Part shown: in pieces, positions 14,707 through 28,734 of the stretch
Numbering within the stretch: position 1 is the first letter of the stretch
How the letters are laid out: each line of letters begins with the position of its first letter
Origin: Eledone cirrhosa
Taxonomy: Eukaryota
DNA length: 64,000 nt
Reading direction: 5' to 3'
NCBI GenBank assembly: GCA_964016885.1
Contig: OZ024764.1
Location: forward strand, 4,278,001 to 4,342,000
The notes under the pieces: generated by a model
What the model was told of the DNA's origin: nothing
Databases searched by the model: none
The model's input: only the letters and a program-made list of their open reading frames with translations
Translations under genes and position numbers: made by a program

Positions 14707-15007
14707 CTAAGGCGGGTAAAATTCCCGAGATCCATGGACGAGTTCTCTCCAGCGGTCTCTGTCCCTCATTATCGCTGCCATGTCCTGCGTCTCCAACAGA
14801 CCAGTGTCTGTCCTTAGGGCATCAACATACGTTAACCTTGGTCTTCCTCTTCTAGTGTGTCCATGTAGGGGCTCCCAAAGGAGCACTGAGTGCAATGTCA
14901 ACTCTGGATGTCGATCTGAGACTTGGACACTGACCAAGAAACTCACTCAGATGGTGGATGGGTGCTACACGAGAATGTTGAGGATGGCTCTGAACATTAA
15001 TCAGTAT
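14707..15007 (-). mobile_element. RTE-X-like LINE 3' end with inverted 5' segment
   Basis: 14707-14915 minus (RHPELTLH...EFYPP*); 14916-15007 plus (SETWTLTKK...NINQY). Confidence 0.8.
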
Positions 15008-16085
15008 ATATATATATATATATACACATACACACACATATATATACATATATATAGTACAGTGAACATAGGCATTAGTTTAGCACTTTATTATACTGTA
15101 TCGTTTTGCTGTCTTCTTTACCATTTACTTTACTTTTCACACACACACATATATATATATATGTATGTGTGTATATCTATCTATGTATGTGTGTATGAAT
15201 ATATGTATGTGTGTATATGTATATATCTGTGTATGTATGTATGTATATGTGTATGTCTCTGTAATATTACCAGGAGCAAGATGTCAGCAAGTTTGGTGTC
15301 TAGAGACTTTGAAAGTGAACTGGGAGGTGGGAGATTATAGGGGAGGGTGTGGGGGTAGGCCATAGAAATAATAACTTATATACATACATGCATGTACATA
15401 TTCCTATATATATATATTCCTATATATATATTTCTCTAGCGCTCTCTGTCTTTCTCTCTCTCTCTCTCTATATATATATATAGTGTGTGTATATATATAT
15501 ATCATATATATATTTATATATATATATATGTGTGTGTGTATATATATTCCTATATATATATTTCTCTAGCGCTCTCTGTCTTTCTCTCTCTCTCTCTATA
15601 TATATATATAGTGTGTGTATATATATATATCATATATATATTTATATATATATATATGTGTGTGTGTATATATACGCACACATATATATCTATATGTATA
15701 TATATATATACATATATATATATATGTATATATATATATAAAAATGTATGTATATATGTATATATATATGTATATATATACATAAACAGCATGAAATTAG
15801 ATTTGAAAAGCACGACCATAGCTTCAGGTCTCTGACTTTTAACTCCATTAATTTTACATTATTTCATGGCATCGTTAATATATTGGCAGAATCAGTGTCA
15901 ATAATTAGAGTTTAGGCTTCGTTTGGTAAGAATATGTATTCCATTTAAGCTGTAGTATCTTTTGTGTAAAACATTTGTTCTGCTGGTTTCTATACAACTG
16001 TATATCTGCAGCAACCACTACCCTTTATGCAGTGAGTATTGTACCAATATAGAGTAAGATCAGCCCCCAATTATGTTTATATATG

Positions 16086-17655
16086 TTGTGTTAATATCAC
16101 AACAAAAAGCACTCAGTCCACTCTGTAAAGTGGTTGTGTCGGTGTCACAACAAAAAACACCCAGTCCACACTGTAAAGTGGTCATGTAGGTGTCACTACA
16201 AAAAGCACCCAGTCCACACTGTAAAGTGGTCATGTAGGTGTCACAACAAAAAGCACCCAGTCCACACTGTAAAGTGGTCATGTCGGTGTCACTACAAAAA
16301 GCAACCAGTCCACACTGTAAAGTGGTCATGTAGGTGTCACAACAAAAAGTACCCAGTCCACACTGTAAAGTGGTCATGTAGGTGTCACTACAAAAAGCAA
16401 CCAGTCCACACTGTAAAGTGGTCATGTAGGTGTCACAACAAAAAGTACCCAGTCCACACTGTAAAGTGGTCATGTAGGTGTCACAACAAAAAGCAACCAG
16501 TCCACACTGTAAAGTGGTCATGTAGGTGTCACAACAAAAAGTACCCAGTCCACACTGTAAAGTGGTCATGTAGGTGTCACAACAAAAAGTACCCAGTCCA
16601 CACTGTAAAGTGGTCATGTAGGTGTCACTACAAAAAGCAACCAGTCCACACTGTAAAGTGGTCATGTAGGTATCACAACAAAAAGTACCCAGTCCACACT
16701 GTAAAGTGGTCATGTAGGTGTCACAACAAAAAGTACCCAGTCCACACTGTAAAGTGGTCATGTAGGTGTCACAACAAAAAGCAACCAGTCCACACTGTAA
16801 AGTGGTCATGTAGGTGTCACAACAAAAAGTACCCAGTCCACACTGTAAAGTGGTCATGTAGGTGTCACAACAAAAAGCAACCAGTCCACACTGTAAAGTG
16901 GTCATGTAGGTGTCACAACAAAAAGTACCCAGTCCACACTGTAAAGTGGTCATGTAGGTGTCACAACAAAAAGTACCCAGTCCACACTGTAAAGTGGTCA
17001 TGTAGGTGTCACAACAAAAAGCAACCAGTCCACACTGTAAAGTGGTCATGTAGGTGTCACAACAAAAAGTACCCAGTCCACACTGTAAAGTGGTCATGTA
17101 GGTGTCACTACAAAAAGCAACCAGTCTACACTGTAAAGTGGTCATGTAGGTGTCACAACAAAAAGTACCCAGTCCACACTGTAAAGTGGTCATGTAGGTG
17201 TCACAACAAAAAGTACCCAGTCCACACTGTAAAGTGGTCATGTAGGTGTCACAACAAAAAGTACCCAGTTCACACTGTAAAGTGGTCATGCAGGTGTCAC
17301 AACAAAAAGTACCCAGTCCACACTGTAAAGTGGTCATGTAGGTGTCACAACAAAAAGCAACCAGTCCACACTGTAAAGTGGTCATGTAGGTGTCACAACA
17401 AAAAGTACCCAGTCCACACTGTAAAGTGGTCATGTAGGTGTCACTACAAAAAGCAACCAGTCTACACTGTAAAGTGGTCATGTAGGTGTCACAACAAAAA
17501 GTACCCAGTCCACACTGTAAAGTGGTCATGTAGGTGTCACAACAAAAAGTACCCAGTCCACACTGTAAAGTGGTCATGTAGGTGTCACAACAAAAAGTAC
17601 CCAGTTCACACTGTAAAGTGGTCATGCAGGTGACACTACAAAAAGCACCCAGTCT
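16086..17655 (+). repeat. 48-bp tandem satellite (~33 units) derived from the RTE 3' UTR / SINE internal repeat
   Basis: Unit GGTGTCACAACAAAAAGTACCCAGTCCACACTGTAAAGTGGTCATGTA resembles SINE segment GCCACGGCAAAAAAAGCACCCAGCACTCACTGTAAAGTG. Confidence 0.95.
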
Positions 17656-17680
17656 ACGAGTTAATCCCATTCAGATGGGA

Positions 17681-19617
17681 TTAACTCTTTCGCATTTAAA
17701 CCGCCCAGATCCAGTCAGAATTCTCTCACTTGTTTCTGTTCAAACCGGCTGTAACTGGCTGCTTATACTGATGTTAAGGTATTGTTCTCAAAATAAATAA
17801 CATCAAAATCTCATAGATTTGATATTATGTGAGGTAAAGCCTTTACTGTGAAAATACAATAGTATATATAGAGTAATGTAAATGTTGTGTGAGATATTAT
17901 GTGAGGTAAAGCCTTTACTGTGAAAATACAATAGTATATATAGTGTAATGTAAATGTTATGTGAGATATTATGTGAGGTAAAGCCTTTACTGTGAAAATA
18001 CAATAGTATATATAGAGTAATGTAAATGTTATGTGAGGTAAAGCCTTTACTATGAAAATACAATAGTATATATAGAGTAATGTAAATGTGTGTGAGATAT
18101 GTGAGGTAAAGCCTTTACTGTGAAAATACAATAGTATATATAGAGTAATGTAAATGTTATGTGAGATATTATGTGAGGTAAAGCCTTTACTGTGAAAATA
18201 CAATAGTATATATAGAGTAATGTAAATGTTATGTGAGGTAAAGCCTTTACTATGAAAATACAATAGTATATATAGAGTAATGTAAATGTTATGTGAGATA
18301 TTATGTGAGGTAAAGCCTTTACTGTGAAAATATAATAGTATATATAGAGTAATGTAAATGTTATGTGAGATATTATGTGAGGTAAAGCCTTTACTGTGAA
18401 AATACAATAGTATATACAGAGTAATGTAAATGTTATGTGAGGTAAAGCCTTTACTGTGAAAATACAATAGTATATATAGAGTAATGTAAATGTTATGTGA
18501 GATATTATGTGAGGTAAAGCCTTTACTGTGACAATACAATAGTATATAAAGAGTAATGTAAATGTTGTGTGAGATATTATGTGAGGTAAAGCCTTTACTG
18601 TGAAAATACAATAGTATATATAGAGTAATGTAAATGTTATGTGAGATATTATGTGAGGTAAAGCCTTTACTGTGAAAATACAATAGTATATATAGAGTAA
18701 TGTAAATGTTATGTGAGATATTATATGAGGTAAAGCCTTTACTGTGAAAATACAATAGTATATATAGAGTAATGTAAATGTTATGTGAGGTATTATGTGA
18801 GGTAAAGCCTTTACTGTGAAAATACAATAGTATATATAGAGTAATGTAAATGTTATGTGTGATATTATGTGAGGTAAAGCCTTTACTGTGAAAATACAAT
18901 AGTATATATAGAGTAATGTAAATGTTATGTGAGATATTATGTGAGGTAAAGCTTTTACTGTGAAAATACAATAGTATATATAGAGTAATGTAAATGTTAT
19001 GCGAGATATTATGTGAGGTAAAGCCTTTACTGTGACAATACAATAGTATATATAGAGTAATGTAAATGTTATGTGAGATATTATGTGAGGTAAAGCCTTT
19101 ACTGTGAAAATATAATAGTATATATAGAGTAATCATCATCATCATCATCATCACCGTTTTACGTCCGTTCTTCCACGCTAGCATGGGTTAGACGGGTTGT
19201 CCTGTTGTGGGCAGTGTCTGGTCGGCTGATCATGCCTTGCTCATACAGGAACTGATCTGGCTTGATTTCTACAGCTGGATGCCCTTCCTAACACCAACCT
19301 CATTTACAGTGAGTGCTGGGTGCTTTTTCGTGGCGCCTACACGTCCACTTTACAGTGTGGGCTGGGTGCTTTTTTGCCGTGGCACCTCCACGACCACCTT
19401 GCGGTGGGGGGGGGGGCATATTGTTTATATGCTTCAGCATGTACCCATGGGAGGTCGGGTACCCTGTATTACTGCGTGACGCCAGAAGTCACGGTTGTGT
19501 GTCATTGTCTTTGAGAGGTGTAGTTGGGTAAGGTCGGCTTTTATCACCTCATCCCAAGTCATCTTGGGTCTCCCCACTCCGCGGTTTCCATCAACTTCTG
19601 TAAATGCTAAAGTGTTA
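17681..19617 (+). mobile_element. piggyBac-type MITE copy with internal 72-bp satellite (17820-19133), interrupted by an RTE
   Basis: Starts TTAACTCTTTCGCATT; unique ~140-bp left arm homologous to 28599-28735; degenerate right end AATGCTAAAGTGTTA after the RTE. Confidence 0.75.
19133..19599 (-). mobile_element. 5'-truncated RTE LINE 3' end, near-identical to 9051-9510
   Basis: (GAT)n tail, 3' UTR and GRPKMTW coding end; only a handful of substitutions versus the 9051 copy. Confidence 0.92.
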
Positions 19618-20256
19618 GGATTCAGAACTAATGTAAATGCTAAAGTGTTAGGATTCAGAACCTCACATATTCACCTCTCCTATATTTCTGTTTTACATGG
19701 TTGTGTAGGTAGTTTTAATAATTCTAGAAAGCTACCCTTAATGGTAACAAGGGAATAATATATCTTCCAAGCCAGAAACATTTGTCAACACCTCCTGACA
19801 TTAGCGTAATTGCTATAAAACATGACAGGAACCCATGAACTTCGTTTGCTTTCTTAGGTAAACATTGCAAATAAATATTTAGCTTTTGTTGTCATGTAAT
19901 AAGATTTTATCTCACCTCACCATTACCTCTGTAACAATATGGTGGTGGTGGTGGGGTGGAGGCGTGGGGTGGGGTGGGGTGGGGGTGGTTGTTTGTTTGG
20001 AAGTAGTGGTTGTGGTGATGATGATGGGGGGGGGTATGAGGGTGATGGTGGTGGTTGTTTGTTTGGTAGTAGTGGTGTTGGTGGGAGTGGGGGGGTGTTG
20101 TAAGCAATGGTGGTGGGGGTGGGGGTGATGGAGGTGTGGTTGGGGTGGCTGTTTGTTTGTTTGGAAGTAGTGGTTGTGGTGTGTGTGGGGGGTAGTAGAG
20201 CTTGGAATGATGGGATTGTGGGGGTGGTGGGGTGTATATATTGTGTGTGTATATAT

Positions 20257-20320
<64 letters not shown>

Positions 20321-20373
20321 GTATATATATATATATGTATATGTATATGTATATATATATGTATATATATATA

Positions 20374-21670
20374 TATTGTTATACTTTGGGAGGGTCATGT
20401 TGCCAATAAGAAACACACGCACCAGTTGCTTTCACTTCAATTTATTATATATTTATAAATTTATAAATTTACAAATCTACAAACTTATAAATTTCTGGTT
20501 AGTTGGTTGGTTCCACAACCAGATAGTTGTTTATATATATATATTACAGAGGCAGTAAGCATAAAAGAATTACAACCAAAATTAAATAGAAAATATGAGT
20601 GGAACAGCAACATCACAACTTACAATTAAGGACAAAATGAAAACACACACAGGACAAAATGAAACACACACACACATAGAACAAACAACTTACAATTAAG
20701 GACAAAATGAAAACACACACAGGACAAAATGAAAACACACACACACATAGAACAAACAACTTACAATTAAGGACAAAATGAAAACACACACACACATAGA
20801 ACAAACAACTTACAATTAAGGACAAAATGAAAACACACACAGGACAAAATGAAAACACACACACACATAGAACAAACAACTTACAATTAAGGACAAAATG
20901 AAAACACACACAGGACAAAATGAAAACACACACACACATAGAACAAACAACTTACAATTAAGGACAAAATGAAAACACACACAGGACAAAATGAAAACAC
21001 ACACACACATAGAACAAACAACTTACAATTAAGGACAAAATGAAAACACACACACACATAGAACAAACAACTTACAATTAAGGACAAAATGAAAACACAC
21101 ACACACATAGAACAAACAACTTACAATTAAGGACAAAATGAAAACACACACACACATAGAACAAACAACTTACAATTAAGGACAAAATGAAAACACACAC
21201 AGGACAAAATGAATACACACACACACATAGAACAAACAACCAACCAACAATAAATAAATAAATAAATAAACAAATAGATAAATGAACACAAACACACACA
21301 CAGACACCCGGATGTGGCGCATGCGCAAACTGAGCACACAACACACACACAGAAACAAAATGGCGTAGGATAGAAGAAAGGAAAGGCACAGAAACAAAGA
21401 AAGGAATCCCCAGTCACTGAAGAGGTCACAGAGTGTGTGACGAAAGGACTATGACTATATATAAACAACTATCTGGTTGTGGAACCAACCAACCAACCAA
21501 CCAGAAATTTATAAGTTTGTAGATTTGTAAATTTATAAATTTATAAATATATAATAAATTGAAGTGAAAGCAACTGGTGCGTGTGTTTCTTATTGGCAAC
21601 ATGACCCTCCCAAAGTATAACAATATCGGTTTCAACACACGATTTCAGATAAAGAATCTTGCTAAACAAA
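20374..21670. mobile_element. PLE-like remnant: ~165-bp inverted arms (20374-20540 vs 21457-21626) enclosing a 49/71-bp tandem array (20612-21240) and a degenerate hammerhead
   Basis: Reverse-complementary arms read directly; related sequence at ~49281-49420. Confidence 0.65.
21412..21456 (+). ncRNA. Degenerate minimal hammerhead motif
   Basis: AGTCA-CTGAAGA-GGTCACA(GAGTG)TGTGAC-GAAA-G(GA)C-TA-TGACT; stem III loop shortened to 2 nt. Confidence 0.55.
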
Positions 21671-21855
21671 TTCAGAAACGAAATATATATATATATATAA
21701 AAATTGATGAGCAGAACAAACAAACATTAAACAATCCTTTAAATAAATTAAAAAATGATTTAAATATCTACCTGTTCATAATGCTATTACCGGCGGTTTC
21801 CATCCACAAAAGATTGGAAATTCAGAGAATTTCCAACGGAAAGTAGATTTCATCA

Positions 21856-22111
21856 CATAGCTATTTCCTTTTCTTGGCACTTCTTTACCCATCGGTCATC
21901 CTCCATGCGCATCACATGTCCATACCATCTCAGCCTTCTCTCCTGCACACCACAAGTTATCCCTCTTATACCCAGTTTCTCTCTCAACTCGTCTATGCTT
22001 GGACATTCACTCACATTGACATTACACATCCAATGGAGCATGCTTGCTTCATTTCTCCCCAGCCATCGCATATCTTCCACAGTTGCTGCCCATGTCTCAC
22101 TACCATGCAGC
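21856..22111 (-). mobile_element. RTE LINE C-terminal coding fragment (second subfamily)
   Basis: MLHGSETW...[22 protein letters not shown]. Confidence 0.85.
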
Positions 22112-22117
22112 ATATAT

Positions 22118-22800
22118 ATCATCATCATCATCATCATCATCGTTTAACGTCCATGTTCCACGCTTGCATGGGTTTGGACGGGAGTTTTCCCACTTGAGAC
22201 AAGAGTGGTTGTCTTGCTCGCATAGGACTGTCTGGCGGGTTTTCTACAGCTGGATGCCCTTCCTAACACCAACCACATTTACAGTGTGGGACTGGGAGGT
22301 TTTTATCGTGTTGCCTACACGGCCACATTACAGTGTGGACTGTGTGGCGGGTTTTCTACAGCTGGATGCCCTTCCTAACACCAACCACATTTACAGTGTG
22401 GGGCTGGGAGGTTTTTATCGTGTTGCCTACACGGCCACATTACAGCGTGGACTGTGTGGCGGGTTTTATACAGCTGGATGCCCTTCCTAACACCAACCAC
22501 ATTTACAGTGTGGGACTGGGAGGTTTTTATCGTGTTGCCTACACGGCCACATTACAGCGTGGACTGTCTGGCGGGTTTTCTACGGCTGGATGCCCTTCCT
22601 AACACCAACCACGTTTACAGTGTGGGGCTGGGAGGTTTTTACTGTGTTGCCTACACGGCCACATTTACAGCGTGGACTGTGTGTTTTTTTGTCGTGACAC
22701 CTACACGATCTCATTTGTTTCGGCCTGGATGTTGTGGCACCAACGTAACTTTACATTGAAAGGGGCGGTGTGGATGGGGTGGGGGTGGTGTGACGGGGGC
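22118..22800 (-). mobile_element. RTE 3' UTR with (GAT)n tail and four tandem 112-bp internal repeats
   Basis: CTGGATGCCC recurs at ~22250, 22362, 22474 and 22586. Confidence 0.85.
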
Positions 22801-22982
22801 GTATATATATATATATAAGGGATAACAACATATTGTTATAGGTAATCCAGTCAGAGGTTGTGAATACTTTGTATTATGGATAGTTTTAGCGTACGGCGTT
22901 GTTTGACTCAACAAGGGGTTTACGTAGGTGGTGAGTTTATGAGTTCACTTGTATTCCTATGTAAGTTTATCTTGGAGTAATA

Positions 22983-23318
22983 ATATTGAAAGAGTGAAGA
23001 ATAACATGGTCAACAGTACAAAAAAAGGTCTTTATTTACAGTATTAACAATTGTTTCACTGATTAAGTTGTCTAAATATTGCTGAACACTTGAAGCTGTG
23101 CCACTCAGTTTTAAATACGTTGCTAGCTTAACCAATCATCAGAAAAACTGAGTTTCTCCGATGATCTGGTTAAGCTAACAACGTATTTAAAATTGAGTGG
23201 CACAGCTCCAAGTGTTCAGCAATTTTTAGACAACTTAATCAGTGAAACAATTGTTAATACTGTAAATAAAAACCTTTTTTTGTACTGTTGACCATGTTAT
23301 CCTTCACTCTTTCAATAT
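22983..23318. mobile_element. ~335-bp near-perfect palindrome; PLE-like inverted pseudo-LTR pair with degenerate hammerhead cores on both strands
   Basis: Centre ~23150. Minus arm CTGATGA...GAAAC(AATT)GTT; plus arm CCGATGA...GAAAC(AATT)GTT; long stem II, weak stem I. Confidence 0.7.
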
Positions 23319-23503
23319 ATATATGTGAAGTAATTCCGTCGGAAAAGCCCAGGAAAAAAGAGTGCTCTATGTAGGTAACAGAGCTTAATAGTTATGTAAT
23401 AAACAACATAAGGCAATTATTTCATTTACCAGTGGTTTCTTAAAAGCAAAAAAATTTTGCTTTCAATCATCAGAATGAAAAAATCATCACAATGAAAAAA
23501 TCC

Positions 23504-23514
23504 TACTACTACCG

Positions 23515-23548
<34 letters not shown>

Positions 23549-23579
23549 CACCACCACCACCACCACCACCACCACCACC

Positions 23580-23626
<47 letters not shown>

Positions 23627-23651
23627 CACTACTACCACCAGTAGTAGTAGT
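23504..23651. repeat. (CTA)n/(CCA)n trinucleotide microsatellite
   Basis: Direct reading. Confidence 0.95.
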
Positions 23652-23689
23652 AAAATTGTAAGAACCATCTCAATGTATTGTAGGAATGT

Positions 23690-25007
23690 GTGTGTGTGAA
23701 TGTGTGTGTGTGTATGAGTGTGCATATATATATGTGTGTATGTATGTATGTGTGTATATGTGTGTATTTGTGAATACGTATGTATATATGTGTATATGTA
23801 TGTATGTGTGTAAATGTATGTATATATATATGTATATATGTGTGTATGTATGTATGTATGTGTGTATTTGTGAATATGTATGTATATATGTGTATATGTA
23901 TGTATGTATGTGTATGTGTGCGCGTATATGTATGTATATATATATATGTGTATATATGTATGTGTGAATGTATACATATATGTGTGTGTATGTGTGTGCA
24001 TATATATGTGTATATGAATGTGAATATATGTGTATATGTATATATGTATGTGTGTATATGTATGTATTTGTGTATACGTATGTATATATGTGTATGTGTA
24101 TGTATGTATGTGTGTGCTTGAGTATATGTATGTAAATGTATGTATATATATATATATGTGTATATATTGTGTGTATGTATGTATGTGTGTAAATGTATGT
24201 ATATATATATGTATATATGTGTGTATGTATGTATGTGTGTATTTGTGAATATGTATGTATATATGTGTATATGTATGTATGTATGTGTATGTGTGCGCGT
24301 ATATGTATGTATATATATATATGTGTATATATGTATGTGTGAATGTATACATATATGTGTGTGTATGTGTGTGCATATATATGTGTATATGAATGTGAAT
24401 ATATGTGTATATGTATATATGTATGTGTGTATATGTATGTATTTGTGTATACGTATGTATATATGTGTATGTGTATGTATGTATGTGTGTGCTTGAGTAT
24501 AAGTATGTATATGTATGTATATATATATATATGTGTATATATTGTGTGTATGTATGTATGTGTGTAAATGTATGTATATATCTATGTATATATGTATGTA
24601 TGTATGTGTGTATTTGTGAATATGTATGTATATATGTGTATATGTATGTATGTATGTGTATGTGTGCGCGTATATGTATGTATATATATATGTGTGTATA
24701 TATGTATGTGTGAATGTATGCATATATGTGTGTGTATGTGTGTGCATATATATGTGTATATGAATGTGAATATATGTGTATATGTATATATGTATATATG
24801 TATGTGTGTATATGTATGTATTTGTGTATGTGTATGTATATATGTGTATGTGTGTGCTTGAGTATAAGTATGTATATGTATGTATATATGTATATATGTG
24901 TATATATTGTGTGTATGTATGTATGTGTGTAAATGTATGTATATACATATGTATATATGTGTGTATGTATGTATGTGTGTATTTGTGAATATGTATGTAT
25001 ATATGTG

Positions 25008-25038
<31 letters not shown>

Positions 25039-25405
25039 GTGCGCGTATATGTATGTATATATATGTGTGAATGTATGCATATGTGTGTGTATGTGTGTGC
25101 ATATATGTGTATATGAATGTGAATATATGTATATATGTGTATATGTATATATGTATGTGTGTATATGTATGTATTTGTGTATACGTATGTATATATGTGT
25201 ATGTGTATGTATGTATGTGTGTGCTTGAGTATATGTATGTAAATGTATGTATATATATATATATGTGTATATATTATGTGTGTATATGTAGTGTGTGTAA
25301 ATGTATGTATATATATATATATGTATGTATATATGTGTGTATATATATATGTGTGTATATATATATGTATGTGTATGTATATATATGTGTGTATATATGT
25401 GTATG
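23690..25405. repeat. Compound TG/TA microsatellite with ~370-bp higher-order period
   Basis: Marker GCTTGAGTAT recurs at ~24116, 24491, 24856 and 25224. Confidence 0.85.
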
Positions 25406-25477
25406 TCAAAGTGTAAAAAATTATAGTGCGCCTCAGTACAATGCTTGATAATTATATTGTTAGGTTCACAGTGTGAC

Positions 25478-25587
<110 letters not shown>

Positions 25588-25755
25588 ATGTGTATGTATA
25601 TATATGTATATATACACAGGCATACATATATATATATTCATATACACACACATACATATATTTATACATACACATACATATATATATATATATATATATC
25701 ATCATCTTCGTTTAACATCCATTTTCCACACTAGCATGGGTTCACACACATACAC

Positions 25756-25814
<59 letters not shown>

Positions 25815-25841
25815 TTTATATATACAGCATATATATATATA

Positions 25842-25976
<135 letters not shown>

Positions 25977-26010
25977 TTTATATATACAGCATATATATAT
26001 ATATATATGT

Positions 26011-26043
<33 letters not shown>

Positions 26044-26229
26044 GATAGATGGGTGTGTATATATATATATGTGTGTATATATATATACATATATGTATAT
26101 ATGTGTGTGTCTCTGTGTGTATATATATATCTATATATGTGTGTGTTTTTGTATATATATATATGTGTGTCTGTGTGTGTGTGTATATATATATGTGTGT
26201 GTATATATATATGTGTGTGTATATATATA

Positions 26230-26376
<147 letters not shown>

Positions 26377-26381
26377 GTGTG

Positions 26382-26465
<84 letters not shown>

Positions 26466-26636
26466 GGTGTGCTGTAAGGTTGAAAAGCAGTTGTGTGACC
26501 CCATCTCTTCAGTGACACAGGCCATGTATTGTCTTTAACTGGGAGGAGATATATACATATATATACATATATATATATACATATATATATATACATATAT
26601 ATATCTACATATATATATATACATATATATATATAC

Positions 26637-26715
<79 letters not shown>

Positions 26716-26760
26716 CATATATATATATGTGTGTATGTATGTTTGTATCTATATATGAAG

Positions 26761-26796
<36 letters not shown>

Positions 26797-26935
26797 GTAT
26801 GTATGTATCTATATATATATCTAAAAATATATGTATATATATATGTGTGTATGTATGTATATATCTATATATATTTATGTATGTATCTATATATATATGT
26901 AAAGATATATGTATATATATATATGTGTATATATA

Positions 26936-26999
<64 letters not shown>

Positions 27000-27228
27000 T
27001 GTGTATGTATTTATATGTGTGTATGTATATATACATATATGTGTATGTATATATGTGTATGTATATATATATATATGTGTGTGTATGTATGTGTATATAT
27101 ATGTGTATGTATGTATATATATATATGTGTGTGTGTATATATATATATATAGTTATATATATCTATATATTTATGTATGTGTGTGTATATACATAATATC
27201 TATAGCTACACATATGTATATCTATATA

Positions 27229-27322
<94 letters not shown>

Positions 27323-27359
27323 CATTTCATTTTACGTCCGCTTTTTCCCTGCTTGCTAG

Positions 27360-27395
<36 letters not shown>

Positions 27396-27973
27396 CATAG
27401 ATGGAGTGAGACAAACAGACAGACAGCGATAAAGAGCTATACAGATAGTTAGATAAAGCTAGCTAGATAGACAGAGTGACAGACAGACTGACAGCTATGG
27501 AGGTAGAGTGACAGACAGACAGATAGCTATGGAGGTAGATAGATGAAGCCATTTTAGGCCTGGAGGGTGTATATTTTATGTAGTTTAAATGTTTTTAAAT
27601 TCCCCATAATTATCACATACATTCGATAACATTGATTTTGGTGAAAGATTTTTTAGGTCAAAGTAGTTATGTGTGTGTGTATGTATATATATGTGTGTGT
27701 GTATTTATATATGTGTGTGTGTGGGTGTATGTATATATATGTGAGTGTGTCTGTGTATATATATATATATATACATACATATGTGTGTGTGTATTTATAT
27801 ATGTGTGTGTGTGTGTATATATGTGTGTGTGTGTCTGTATGTATGTATATATATATATACATACATATCTGTGTGTGTATGTATATATATATATGTGTGT
27901 GTATATATATATATGTGTATGTGTATATATATGTATATATATATGTGTATGTATATATATATATATGTGTGTG

Positions 27974-28013
<40 letters not shown>

Positions 28014-28027
28014 CACACACATGTGCA

Positions 28028-28069
<42 letters not shown>

Positions 28070-28077
28070 CACACACA

Positions 28078-28115
<38 letters not shown>

Positions 28116-28159
28116 CACATGTGTATGTGTATATACATATATATGTATGTGTGTGTATG

Positions 28160-28495
28160 GAGCTTCAATGTATCCATGCTCAGGGAAGCAAGGTGTTCAG
28201 AGTATGGTAGATGCCTGATGGAGGGTATTCGCTTGGTTGCACGTCTCTAGTTTCCAGGAGGTCAATGTTCTGAGCAAGATAGAGGTTCCAGACTGGTGAT
28301 GCAAATTCTAAGTGTGGCCGCACCATAGCTATATACAGCCTTAAATAGATAGCTGGAGAGTGGCTGACAAAGGTCTTGCTGAGTGATGCTAAGACACCCT
28401 CGGCCTTCTTGACAATTTTAGAGATGTGCTTTGTCCAACCTAAATCGTTGCTGACAGTAATGCCCAGGTCACGTTCACAAAAGGACTTCTTGATA
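28160..28495 (-). mobile_element. CR1-group LINE RT C-terminal fragment
   Basis: ERDLGITVSNDLGWTKHISKIVKKAEGVL...LYIAMVRPHLEFASPVWN. Confidence 0.85.
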
Positions 28496-28734
28496 TTAGA
28501 ATTAAAATAATTTGAAAGAAAGGGTTTATAAAGAATATGGTCAAAGAGTACATAATTTGTCATCAAAGGAGGGGAAAGGGCTTGATAATGAGGGTTAACC
28601 CTTTAATGTTCAAACCGGCCAAAACCGGCTAGAATTCTCTACCTCTTTCTATTGAAACTGGCTGTAACTGATCGCTCAAACTGATGTTAAGGTATTGTTC
28701 TCAAAAAAAATACTTTCAAAATCTCAAATGATTC

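Noticed and set aside
16060-17670. 536-aa Cys-rich repeat ORF, its antisense ORF, and the counterpart at 53481-54868
   Set aside because: A 48-bp unit divisible by 3 stays open by chance on both strands; derived from an RTE 3' UTR; the second array is intronic.
22983-23318. Arm differences as a fossil of A-to-I editing
   Set aside because: Substitutions go in both directions and include C/T changes and a transversion.
26490-26515. CTGAAGA on the minus strand as a hammerhead core
   Set aside because: No matching GAAA, stem III or stem I.
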